From contig JAODNB010000031.1 in assembly GCA_025464795.1 (NCBI GenBank), forward strand, positions 1 to 39,657: a DNA stretch of 39,657 bases. Reading direction: 5' to 3'. A model generated the notes under the pieces. That model did no database searches and was not told where the DNA came from. It saw nothing but the letters and a program-made list of their open reading frames with translations. Positions 25,930 through 33,760 of this stretch are shown here, piece after piece. The position numbers and the translations under genes were made by a program. Positions within the stretch are counted from its first letter, which is position 1; each line of letters opens with the position of its first letter. This DNA is from Frankiales bacterium. Lineage in GTDB: Bacteria; Actinomycetota; Actinomycetes; Mycobacteriales; SCTD01.

Positions 25930-26768
25930 CAGAGCCCGAAGCGCGGGTCGTCCCCGACCCCGGCGAACAGCGAGTAGTCGGGACCGCGGCGCAGGTGGTG
26001 GCCACCGTCCACGTTGATCACCTGACCGGTGATCCACCGGGCCTCAGCACCGGACAGGAACCGCACGAGGTCGCCGACGTCCTCAGGCTCCCCCACGCCC
26101 TCGAGCGGCGTGTTCTCCAGGTAGGACTGGAAGACCGGGCTGTCGCGGGGTACGAGCTCCATGAGCTCTGTTGCCGTGAAGCCGGGCCGAACGACGTTCG
26201 CGCGGACGCCGGCGGGCCCGTACTCGTCGGCCATGTTCCGGACGAGCTCCTCGATCGCCGCCTTCGAGACCGGGTACGCGCCGAACCAGCGGTGCGTGAC
26301 GTGCCCGGCGAGCGAGGAGACAGCCACGAAGGAGCCCCGGCTTCGGATGAGGTGCGGTGCGGCGTGCTTGGCCGCGAGCATCGTGCCCAGCACGTTGAGG
26401 TGCAGCACGCGGGTGAACTCGGCGAGGTCCTGCACGTGCACCGGCCCGAGCATCCCGCCACCGCCCGCGTTGGCCACGACCGTGTCCAGGCGGTCGCGCA
26501 CGGCGGCCGCCGCAGCCACCGCCTCGGCCACGGAGGCCTCGTCGGTCACGTCTGCGACGACGTACGAGGCAGTCCCCCCGCAGCCGGCGACCTTCTCGAG
26601 CCGGGCGACGCCGTCCTCCAGGGTGCCGAGGGTGCGGCCGCAGATGGTCACGTGGGCGCCGTCGGCGATGAGGGCGGCAGCGCTCGCGAAGCCGATGCCG
26701 GTGCCACCTCCGGTGACGAGGGCCGCCGTCCCCTCGAGGCCGCCTGCAGGTCGTCGGTTCCCAGTCAT
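25929..26768 (-). CDS. Short-chain dehydrogenase/reductase
   Basis: TGGGTGIG, NAGG and YPVSK motifs. ATGA overlap with the upstream flavoprotein stop. Confidence 0.9.
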   Translation of the reverse strand: MTGNRRPAGGLEGTAALVTGGGTGIGFASAAALIADGAHVTICGRTLGTLEDGVARLEKVAGCGGTASYVVADVTDEASVAEAVAAAAAVRDRLDTVVANAGGGGMLGPVHVQDLAEFTRVLHLNVLGTMLAAKHAAPHLIRSRGSFVAVSSLAGHVTHRWFGAYPVSKAAIEELVRNMADEYGPAGVRANVVRPGFTATELMELVPRDSPVFQSYLENTPLEGVGEPEDVGDLVRFLSGAEARWITGQVINVDGGHHLRRGPDYSLFAGVGDDPRFGL

Positions 26769-28315
26769 GTCTCCACCATCGTGTCGGCTGCCGCCATGGC
26801 GAACGCCATGCCGGGGGTGATGCAGGACCCGGGGCCCGGGTAGGTGTGGCCCATCACGGACGCGGCGGTGTTGCCGACCGCGAAGAGGCCGCCGATGACC
26901 GAGCCGTCCTCCCGGAGGACGCGCGCGCGGTCGTCGGTCACGAGTCCGCCCTTGGTGCCGAGGTCGCCCAGGACGACAGGTGCGGCGAAGAAGGGACCGT
27001 CGTCGACAGGCGCGAGCGACGGGTTGGGGAACTCGTGGCTCGTCGGTGCCAGGCCGCCGTACGACAGGAAGACCGCCAGCAGCTGGCGCTCGAAGCTGCC
27101 CTCGCTGCCACGACCGAAGTCCTCATCGACGCCCTTGTGCGCCAACGCGTTCCAGCGCGACGTGGTCTCGACCAGCCCCGGGATGCCGAGGCCCTCGATC
27201 GTCTCGGAACGTCGCAAGCAGCCCGCCTCCACCCAGGGAGTCGGATCCTGATCAGGTCGCAGACCGGCGAAGCCGTACCGCGACAGGCCGCGGGCGTCGA
27301 AGACCTGGTAGCTGGGGAGCCGCTCGGGAAAGAGGCGCATGTGCTGGCCGTACTCGTTGTAGGCCATGCCCTCGTTGCCCCACCGCTGCCCGTTCTGGTC
27401 GACCACGAAGCCCAGCGGTGCGATCCGGTCCCACAGCAGGAACGAGGGCCCGTCGGGGCGCTGGAACGCCGGGGTCCACCAGGCGTCCTCGAGCAGGTCC
27501 GTCGCTGCGCCGAGCCCCAGTCCGACGCGGTGACCGTCCCCGGTGTTGCCGGCGACACCAAGGGACCACCTGCCCTCGCGAACGAACGGCAGCTGGTGCT
27601 CAGCTCGCATCGCAGGGTTGTGCTCGAACCCGCCGGTCGCGAGCAGAACGCCTGCAGGCGAGGAGATCTCACCCCGCTCGCTGACCACACCGACGACGCG
27701 GCCTTCCTCGACGACCAGCTCCAGGAGGGCGCACGACGTCCAGATCTCGACCCCCGCCTCAGCGCAGGCGAGGAGCAGCTGTCCGACCAGCGCTCGCCCA
27801 CCCACGAGCAGACCCCCAAGGTCGTACGCAGGCATCGGTGGGCCGCCGTCGCCGCAGGGCAGCTTCTGGCGAAGCGGCCACAGGACGGTCGCGGCGACGT
27901 CGGGCTTGACGGTCTTCGGAGCGATGGCACGGCCGTCGATCCGACCCCCGGGCTGGTCGGGCGCGTAGTCGGGAAAGCCCTGCAACCGGGCGAAGCGCAC
28001 CCCGAGCGTCGCCAGCCAGTCGACCACGGCGACGGCCCCGTTCAGGAACGCCTGCTGCTTCCACCGTGGCGTGCGCTCCCCCACGGTCGAGTCCAGGTAG
28101 GTCTGCGCGTCCTCGAGGGAGTCCGCCATGCCCGCCTGCTGCAACCACGTGTTCGTCGGTGCCCACAGGCCGCCGCCGGTCAGGGCGGCGGTTCCTCCGA
28201 CGACGTCGTCCTTCTCCAGCACGAGCACCCGCAGGCCCCGGGTCGCTGCGCGGAGCGCCCCCGTCAGCCCGGCGGCTCCTGTCCCGACGACGACGACGTC
28301 GACGTCGGCTCTCAC
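26765..28315 (-). CDS. FAD-dependent oxidoreductase, 3-ketosteroid dehydrogenase (KstD)/fumarate-reductase flavoprotein family
   Basis: GTG 28315 (VRADVDVVVVGTGAAGLTGALRAATRGLRVLVLEK...GGTAALTGGGLWAPTN...ATGGFEHN...GLFAVGN). The track ORF's extra N-terminal 35 aa run into the divergent promoter. Confidence 0.85.
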   Translation of the reverse strand: MRADVDVVVVGTGAAGLTGALRAATRGLRVLVLEKDDVVGGTAALTGGGLWAPTNTWLQQAGMADSLEDAQTYLDSTVGERTPRWKQQAFLNGAVAVVDWLATLGVRFARLQGFPDYAPDQPGGRIDGRAIAPKTVKPDVAATVLWPLRQKLPCGDGGPPMPAYDLGGLLVGGRALVGQLLLACAEAGVEIWTSCALLELVVEEGRVVGVVSERGEISSPAGVLLATGGFEHNPAMRAEHQLPFVREGRWSLGVAGNTGDGHRVGLGLGAATDLLEDAWWTPAFQRPDGPSFLLWDRIAPLGFVVDQNGQRWGNEGMAYNEYGQHMRLFPERLPSYQVFDARGLSRYGFAGLRPDQDPTPWVEAGCLRRSETIEGLGIPGLVETTSRWNALAHKGVDEDFGRGSEGSFERQLLAVFLSYGGLAPTSHEFPNPSLAPVDDGPFFAAPVVLGDLGTKGGLVTDDRARVLREDGSVIGGLFAVGNTAASVMGHTYPGPGSCITPGMAFAMAAADTMVET

Positions 28316-28369
28316 GTCTCGGGACGCTACGCACGGCCCCCACCGTTGTAAAGACGGCGCACTGGGCGA

Positions 28370-28393
28370 GGAACCAAGCGCTTGATAGGTTCC
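28370..28393. promoter_or_regulatory. Candidate KstR2-type (TetR) operator in a divergent promoter
   Basis: ACCAAGCGCTTGAT (28373-28386) fits AnCAAGnnCTTGnT at all constrained positions. It contains the perfect palindrome CAAGCGCTTG and is nested in GGAACC...GGTTCC (28370-28375 / 28388-28393). It lies 12 nt upstream of ATG 28399. Confidence 0.55.
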
Positions 28394-28398
28394 GCGAC

Positions 28399-29847
28399 AT
28401 GAGCCTCGAGATCCCCGCACCCGTCGATGCGGCGACCGTCACCGAGTGGACGGACGAGGTCGACGTGCTCGTCATCGGCTTCGGCATCGCGGGGGGTTGC
28501 GCTGCCGTCGAGGCCGCCGCCACCGGCGCGAACGTGCTCGTGCTCGAACGCGCCGCAGTGACCGGTGGCACGAGTGCCCTGGCCGGCGGCCACTTCTACC
28601 TCGGCGGCGGCACCGTCGTGCAGAAGGCGACCGGCCACGACGACTCCGCCGACGAGATGTTCGCCTACCTGATGTCCGTCACTCCTCACCCCGAGGAGGA
28701 CAAGATCCGCGACTACTGCGAAGGCAGCGTCGAGCACTGCGACTGGCTCGAGTCCCTCGGGTTCGAGTTCGAGCGCAGCTACTACCCCGAGAAGGCGGTG
28801 ATCCAGCCCGGCACCGAGGGCCTGATGTTCACCGGCAACGAGAAGTGCTGGCCGCACCTCGACCTGGCCAAGCCCGCGCCACGGGGCCACAAGGTGCCGG
28901 TTCCCGGTGACACCCAGGGCGCGGCGCTGGTCACCGGTCTGCTGACCGAGCGCGCGAAGGAGCTGGGCGTCGAGATCCGCTTCGAGACGGGCGCGGTGCA
29001 GCTGGTCGTCGAGGACGAGCGCGTCGTGGGCGTCGCCTGGCAGCACTTCGAGGAGCGTGGCTTCATCCGGGCCCGGTCGACCGTGATCGCCGCCGGCGGT
29101 TTCGTGATGAACAAGGAGATGGTCGCCGAGTTCACGCCGTCACTGGCCAAGAAGCCGTGGACCCTCGGGAGCACCTACGACGACGGACTCGGCATCCGCA
29201 TGGGCCAGTCCGTCGGCGGTGAGGCCCTGCACATGAGGGAGGCCTTCATCACGGCCCCGGTCTACCCGCCCTCCCGCCTGCTCACAGGGATCATCGTCAA
29301 CAAGCAGGGGAAGCGCTTCGTCAGCGAGGACAGCTATCACTCGCGCACCTCCGGGCACGTCATGGAGCAGACCGACCAGGCTGCCTACCTCATCGTGGAC
29401 AGCGAGCACATCGAGCACCCGGTCTTCCAGCTCACCCCGTTCATCGACGGGTGGGAGACGATCGCCGAGATGGAGGTCGCGCTCGGCATCCCCTCCGGCG
29501 CCCTGGACAAGACGCTCGCCGACTACAACGAGCACGCCCACCGCGGAGAGGACCCCGAGCTGCACAAGCAGCCGCCGTTCGTCGAGCCGCAGGACGTGGG
29601 GCCGTGGGGTGCGTACGACCTGACTCTGGGCAAGGCGCTCTACGCCGGCTTCACCCTCGGCGGCCTGCGCTGCACCAGGCACGGGCAGGTGCAGCGGGCC
29701 GACGGCTCGATCATCGAGGGCGTGTACGCCGCCGGCGCGTGCGCCGCCAACATCGCCCAGGACGGCAAGGGCTACAGCAGCGGCACGCAGCTCGGCGAGG
29801 GGTCGTTCTTCGGACGTCGCGCGGGCCGTCACGCAGCTTCCGGCTGA
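28399..29847 (+). CDS. FAD-binding dehydrogenase, KstD / 3-oxo-5alpha-steroid 4-dehydrogenase-like family
   Basis: ATG 28399. DVLVIGFGIAGGCAAVEAAATGANVLVLER...GGTSALAGG...AAGGFVMN...GVYAAGACA. Confidence 0.8.
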   Translation: MSLEIPAPVDAATVTEWTDEVDVLVIGFGIAGGCAAVEAAATGANVLVLERAAVTGGTSALAGGHFYLGGGTVVQKATGHDDSADEMFAYLMSVTPHPEEDKIRDYCEGSVEHCDWLESLGFEFERSYYPEKAVIQPGTEGLMFTGNEKCWPHLDLAKPAPRGHKVPVPGDTQGAALVTGLLTERAKELGVEIRFETGAVQLVVEDERVVGVAWQHFEERGFIRARSTVIAAGGFVMNKEMVAEFTPSLAKKPWTLGSTYDDGLGIRMGQSVGGEALHMREAFITAPVYPPSRLLTGIIVNKQGKRFVSEDSYHSRTSGHVMEQTDQAAYLIVDSEHIEHPVFQLTPFIDGWETIAEMEVALGIPSGALDKTLADYNEHAHRGEDPELHKQPPFVEPQDVGPWGAYDLTLGKALYAGFTLGGLRCTRHGQVQRADGSIIEGVYAAGACAANIAQDGKGYSSGTQLGEGSFFGRRAGRHAASG

Positions 29848-30611
29848 ACCACCAACCTGGTGAGGTTCGGCCGCTCGCGGATCAGCCGGGCACCCTGGCG
29901 GTACGCCATCGGGTAGACGTCCAGCGCACGCTCCTTGTCGAACAGGTGGTGCGGTGCCGACACCATCGCAGCGATGGCCTTGTCGGGTCGGATGACGTGC
30001 GCCCTACCTCCCGTGCGGCGCTCCCAGCGGCGGGTCTCCTCGGACAGGAGCAGCTCCATCGTGCGGCCGCCGCGTCCCATCACCGGCCCAGCGATGGGTG
30101 CGATGACCAGCAGGTGGTCGGCCGCCGGCGCGAGGTGCGCGGAGGCCATCGACCGCACTCCCCCGTCGACGTACAGGTGGTTGTTCACCCGTGCCGGGGC
30201 GAAGACACCCGGCACGGACGACGAGGCGGCGACCATGTCCGCGAGCGGAAGGCCGCTCAGCAGCTCGCGCCGGATGGGAAGGCGGACGACGCTGGCCCGC
30301 ACGCGCGGATCCCTGCGCTCACCGAAGACCTCCCCCGCCACGCCCCGCAGGAAGCCTGGGCGGAGGTTGGGAACGCGGACAGCGGCTTGCTGGCTCATGA
30401 CGCCGAAGCCGATCCCGGTCGCGAGGCAGCTCGCGACCCAGGAGCCGGCCGAGGTGCCGAGCGACTCGCACTGGTCCAGCGGGACCCCTGCGTCGATGAG
30501 CGCGTGCGCGACGCCGAGGCCGTAGGCGATGCCGAACACCCCACCACCGCCGTACACCGCCGTGACCGGAGCACGGTGCGGCGCCACCCGAAGGAAGGGG
30601 CGCATGCTCAT
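29829..30611 (-). CDS. Patatin-like phospholipase
   Basis: ATG 30611. GGGGVFG oxyanion motif, GTSAGS nucleophile and VDGG catalytic Asp motif. Confidence 0.85.
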   Translation of the reverse strand: MSMRPFLRVAPHRAPVTAVYGGGGVFGIAYGLGVAHALIDAGVPLDQCESLGTSAGSWVASCLATGIGFGVMSQQAAVRVPNLRPGFLRGVAGEVFGERRDPRVRASVVRLPIRRELLSGLPLADMVAASSSVPGVFAPARVNNHLYVDGGVRSMASAHLAPAADHLLVIAPIAGPVMGRGGRTMELLLSEETRRWERRTGGRAHVIRPDKAIAAMVSAPHHLFDKERALDVYPMAYRQGARLIRERPNLTRLVVQPEAA

Positions 30612-30665
30612 GCCGGGGCTATCGGCGCGTTCCCCCGAGAAGATAAGTCTGGAAGAGTCCCCCTC

Positions 30666-31454
30666 ATGAGCAACCCCCTGCAACCCGACCAGATCGCCTC
30701 AGCTCGGCTCGCGGAGGTGGGCAAGGTGTGGACCAGCGACCTGTCCGTCAGCGAGTTCGCGCTGCTCGACGCGGCCGGCTTCGAGCCGCTCGAGTTCGTC
30801 ATGGGCAGCTCCGTCTTCCACATCGGCTGGCAGAACCAGAACCTCCGACAGAGCACCGAGCTCAGCGTGCTGACGCAGGCGATGTACACCGCCCGCTTCA
30901 ACGCGATGGGACGGATGATGTCGGAGGCCTCGCAGGTGCAGGCCGACGGCGTCGTCGGGGTGCGCCTGGAGTTCCGGCAGCACGGGCTCTCGGCCGAGCA
31001 CATCGAGTTCATCGCCGTGGGGACGTCGGTGAAGCACAAGACCTCGCCGGGGTCCTTCCGTCGGCCGGACGGAGCACCGTTCACCAGCCACCTCAACGTG
31101 CAGGACTTCTACACCTTGCTGTCGACCGGACACGCGCCCGTCGAGTTCGTGATGGGCGTGTGCGTCTACCACGTCGCGGCCCAGGGCTTCATGCAGTCGC
31201 TGAAGCAGATGGGCCAGAACGTCGAGATGCCCCAGTGGACGCAGGGCTACTACGACGCCCGCGAGATGGCCCTCACGCGCATGCAGGCCGAGGCCGAGCG
31301 CGTGCAAGCTGTTGGCGTCACCGGTGTCGAGTGGGCTGCACGCGAGTGGATGTGGGGGGCGCACACCCTGGAGTTCTTCACCTCCGGCACAGCAGTGCGC
31401 AAGACCGGACCGGGTACGCCCATCACCCCGTCCCTGGTGCTCCCGCTCAGGTGA
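30666..31454 (+). CDS. Tandem YbjQ/UPF0145 (putative heavy-metal-binding) domain protein
   Basis: ATG 30666. Two similar halves (..EFALLDAAGFEPLEFVMGSSVFHIGWQ.. and ..DFYTLLSTGHAPVEFVMGVCVYHVAAQ..), each followed by ...A..RM..EA....A.GVVGV-type segments typical of YbjQ_1. Confidence 0.7.
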   Translation: MSNPLQPDQIASARLAEVGKVWTSDLSVSEFALLDAAGFEPLEFVMGSSVFHIGWQNQNLRQSTELSVLTQAMYTARFNAMGRMMSEASQVQADGVVGVRLEFRQHGLSAEHIEFIAVGTSVKHKTSPGSFRRPDGAPFTSHLNVQDFYTLLSTGHAPVEFVMGVCVYHVAAQGFMQSLKQMGQNVEMPQWTQGYYDAREMALTRMQAEAERVQAVGVTGVEWAAREWMWGAHTLEFFTSGTAVRKTGPGTPITPSLVLPLR

Positions 31455-31840
31455 ACGACTTCGTCGACGCGCGTGACAGCAGTGCCGTCGAGCAGGTGCT
31501 GGCGCAGGCCTGCACCGCCTTGGGGAGCGCTGCCGTGCTCGCGCAGCTGACGTCGCTGCTGCCGGTCGAGCTCGGTCGTCCGCGAGGGCTGTTGCGCGCA
31601 GAGCGACCGACGCGGATCACCGTCGGTGAGGAGGCCCTGGCGCTGTTCACGGACCGAGCGCCGCAGCTGCAGCACGTCGTCGGCGGCGTCGTGCTGTCCA
31701 ACGACACCGTCAGCCCGATGGCGCTCCCTGGCGTGCTCGCGGCCCTCGTCGTGCGCGCCCTGAGCTCCTCGGGTCGCTATGACGACGCCGCCGTGCTGCT
31801 CACGTCCCTGAGAGACGCCGTTCAGGCCGGCGGGTCGTAG
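31451..31840 (+). CDS. Hypothetical protein (129 aa)
   Basis: GTG 31451 overlaps the YbjQ-like stop (GTGA). High GC3. No recognisable domain. Confidence 0.5.
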   Translation: MNDFVDARDSSAVEQVLAQACTALGSAAVLAQLTSLLPVELGRPRGLLRAERPTRITVGEEALALFTDRAPQLQHVVGGVVLSNDTVSPMALPGVLAALVVRALSSSGRYDDAAVLLTSLRDAVQAGGS

Positions 31841-31983
31841 TCCCGGACGTCGTCGTCGGGAGAGATGGACCGAGCAGGGAACGGGTGGAAGTCCCCTTCC
31901 GGCTCCTCGGGCTCTTGGTCACGCAGGCGCGACAGCTCGGCGACCGCCTTGGAGGCCTGCCGGTGCAGGAACCCACCCGACAT
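31822..31983 (-). CDS. Small hypothetical protein (53 aa, acidic/proline-rich C-terminus); not in the ORF track
   Basis: ATG 31983 is preceded by GGAGG with an 8-nt spacer. The frame (MSGGFLHRQASKAVAELSRLRDQEPEEPEGDFHPFPARSISPDDDVRDYDPPA*) has about 85% G/C at third positions. Confidence 0.35.
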   Translation of the reverse strand: MSGGFLHRQASKAVAELSRLRDQEPEEPEGDFHPFPARSISPDDDVRDYDPPA

Positions 31984-32095
31984 GCGCACCACCTCCGACG
32001 GTTCGCCCTACTGTGCCATGCCTTGCAGGGCTTTGCGTGGTGCGAACGGCCTAGCCGAGCGGAGCAGGCGAGGTCAGCAGGGCCCTCGGGGTCGG

Positions 32096-32890
32096 TCAGC
32101 CGAGCAGCTGTGCCATGGCCGTCGCGGGACGTCCGAGCAGGTCCTCGACGTCGGTCGTCACCACGTCGAGCGACCCGTCACCGATGGCGGTGTACGTCGA
32201 GACCCACGCGGTCACCTGCCAGTCCGGCTCGCCGTAGTGGGAGCGGGACGCGTACGCCTCCTCGACGGTCTCGTCGACGAACTCCGTCTGCCGACCCGAC
32301 GCCGTGTGGAGCGCCGCCAGCTCTCCCATCGTGAACAGCTCGGGACCGGTGAGGTCGTACGTCTTTCCCTTGTGCAGATGGGGGTCTCGCAGGACGAGCG
32401 CCGCAACGTCCGCCACGTCACTGAGGCACACCGGGGCGAACCGGCCCTGGCCGGCCGGCCCCCTGATCACACCGTCGGTGGCGAACAGCGGGATCATCTC
32501 CGCGTACATCTGGTTGCGCAGGAACGTCCAGGCCATGCCGCTGGCCCGAACCAGCTCCTCCGTGGCCCAGTGGTCCCGGGCCAGGGTGAAGGTCGCGTCG
32601 GGTGCCGCACCCAGGAACGACGTGTAGACGACGTGCTGCACTCCTGCTGCGGCGGCCGCCTCGATCATCGACCGGTGCTGCCCGACCCGGTCAGCGCTCT
32701 CCGCACCCGAGACCATGAACAGGGTGGTGATGCCCTCCAGCGGGCCTGGTTCGTCGTAGCTGGACTGCTGGACCCGACCAGCGGGGGCTCGAGACGGGTC
32801 GCGGACGAGCAGCAGCGGGTCGAGGTCAGCGAGCTGAGCCGCGACGGCCCCGCCGAGACGTCCGGTGGAGCCGGTGAGCGCCAGGTTCAT
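32096..32890 (-). CDS. NmrA-family / atypical SDR NAD(P)-binding protein
   Basis: MNLALTGSTGRLGGAVAAQL Rossmann motif without a catalytic YxxxK context. Overall NmrA-like layout. Confidence 0.8.
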   Translation of the reverse strand: MNLALTGSTGRLGGAVAAQLADLDPLLLVRDPSRAPAGRVQQSSYDEPGPLEGITTLFMVSGAESADRVGQHRSMIEAAAAAGVQHVVYTSFLGAAPDATFTLARDHWATEELVRASGMAWTFLRNQMYAEMIPLFATDGVIRGPAGQGRFAPVCLSDVADVAALVLRDPHLHKGKTYDLTGPELFTMGELAALHTASGRQTEFVDETVEEAYASRSHYGEPDWQVTAWVSTYTAIGDGSLDVVTTDVEDLLGRPATAMAQLLG

Positions 32891-32968
32891 GCCCTTGCCA
32901 ACGAGATGTCGCCTTTGGCTGTTCCGAGCTCACAGGTGGTTGCCAGGAACCTCAGGGACACTGGGCAC

Positions 32969-33709
32969 ATGACTGTGAAGCGCTGGACCCTCGTCACGGC
33001 CGGTGTCGCAGGCGGCATCGCCTTGGGTGTCACCGGATACGCCTCAGCGGCGGGCTCCCCCTCGCCGGTGCCCACGCACCCACCGAAGGCGCAGGACGGC
33101 CGGGCCCCCGGAGCCCACGGTCCAGAGGGGGGTCGCGCTCGCGGCTTCGGAGGTCCGGGCGCTCGTGCGGGGCGCGGCGGAGCGGCCGGTCTCGTGACCG
33201 CCATCGGCGCCGGCAGCATCACGGTCCGCACCCGCGACGGCGAGACGAAGAAGGTCGCCCTGAGCGGCGCCACGACCTACTACGAGGGCACGAAGCGGGC
33301 CAACCACGCGGCGATCAGCGTCGGCGAGATCGTGATGCTCCGGCTCGCCGACCCGCAGGCCACGTCCCCGGTCGCGAGCACGGTCACCGTCCTGCCCGCG
33401 CACCTCGCCGGCTTCGTGACGAAGGTCGACGACACCACCATCACCGTCACCGACGAGAGCGGCTTCACCCGCACGATCCGGACGAGCCGGGCGACGACGT
33501 ACAAGAAGGACGGGGCCGCTGGAAAGCGTTCCGACATCTCCGTCGGTGCGCTGGTGCGCGCGCTCGGCTCGGTCGACGCCGACGGGACCACCCTCGACGC
33601 CACGACCGTCGCGGTGGGCCGACCGCCCCGCGGCGATCGTCCAGGTCCGGGCGCGCAGCCCGGCGCCTTCCCCGGAAACCCCCCTCCGGGCGAGGGCGTC
33701 GATGGCTGA
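32969..33709 (+). CDS. Secreted protein with repeated DUF5666-like beta domains
   Basis: ATG 32969. Signal/TM segment (WTLVTAGVAGGIALGVTGYASA), a G/P/R-rich linker, then repeats of the type GxITV.T.DG.T..V..S..TTY... Confidence 0.7.
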   Translation: MTVKRWTLVTAGVAGGIALGVTGYASAAGSPSPVPTHPPKAQDGRAPGAHGPEGGRARGFGGPGARAGRGGAAGLVTAIGAGSITVRTRDGETKKVALSGATTYYEGTKRANHAAISVGEIVMLRLADPQATSPVASTVTVLPAHLAGFVTKVDDTTITVTDESGFTRTIRTSRATTYKKDGAAGKRSDISVGALVRALGSVDADGTTLDATTVAVGRPPRGDRPGPGAQPGAFPGNPPPGEGVDG

Positions 33710-33760
33710 CGATCTCCGGCAAGAAGGGGTCCTTCCGAGCGGTTCCGCTAGGGGGTCCCG

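Noticed and set aside
29829-30611. Patatin-like phospholipase as a possible effector of an anti-phage signalling system (CBASS-type).
   Set aside because: There is no adjacent cyclase/nucleotidyltransferase, sensor, or other defence gene. The neighbours are metabolic or hypothetical genes, and there are no mobile-element hallmarks.
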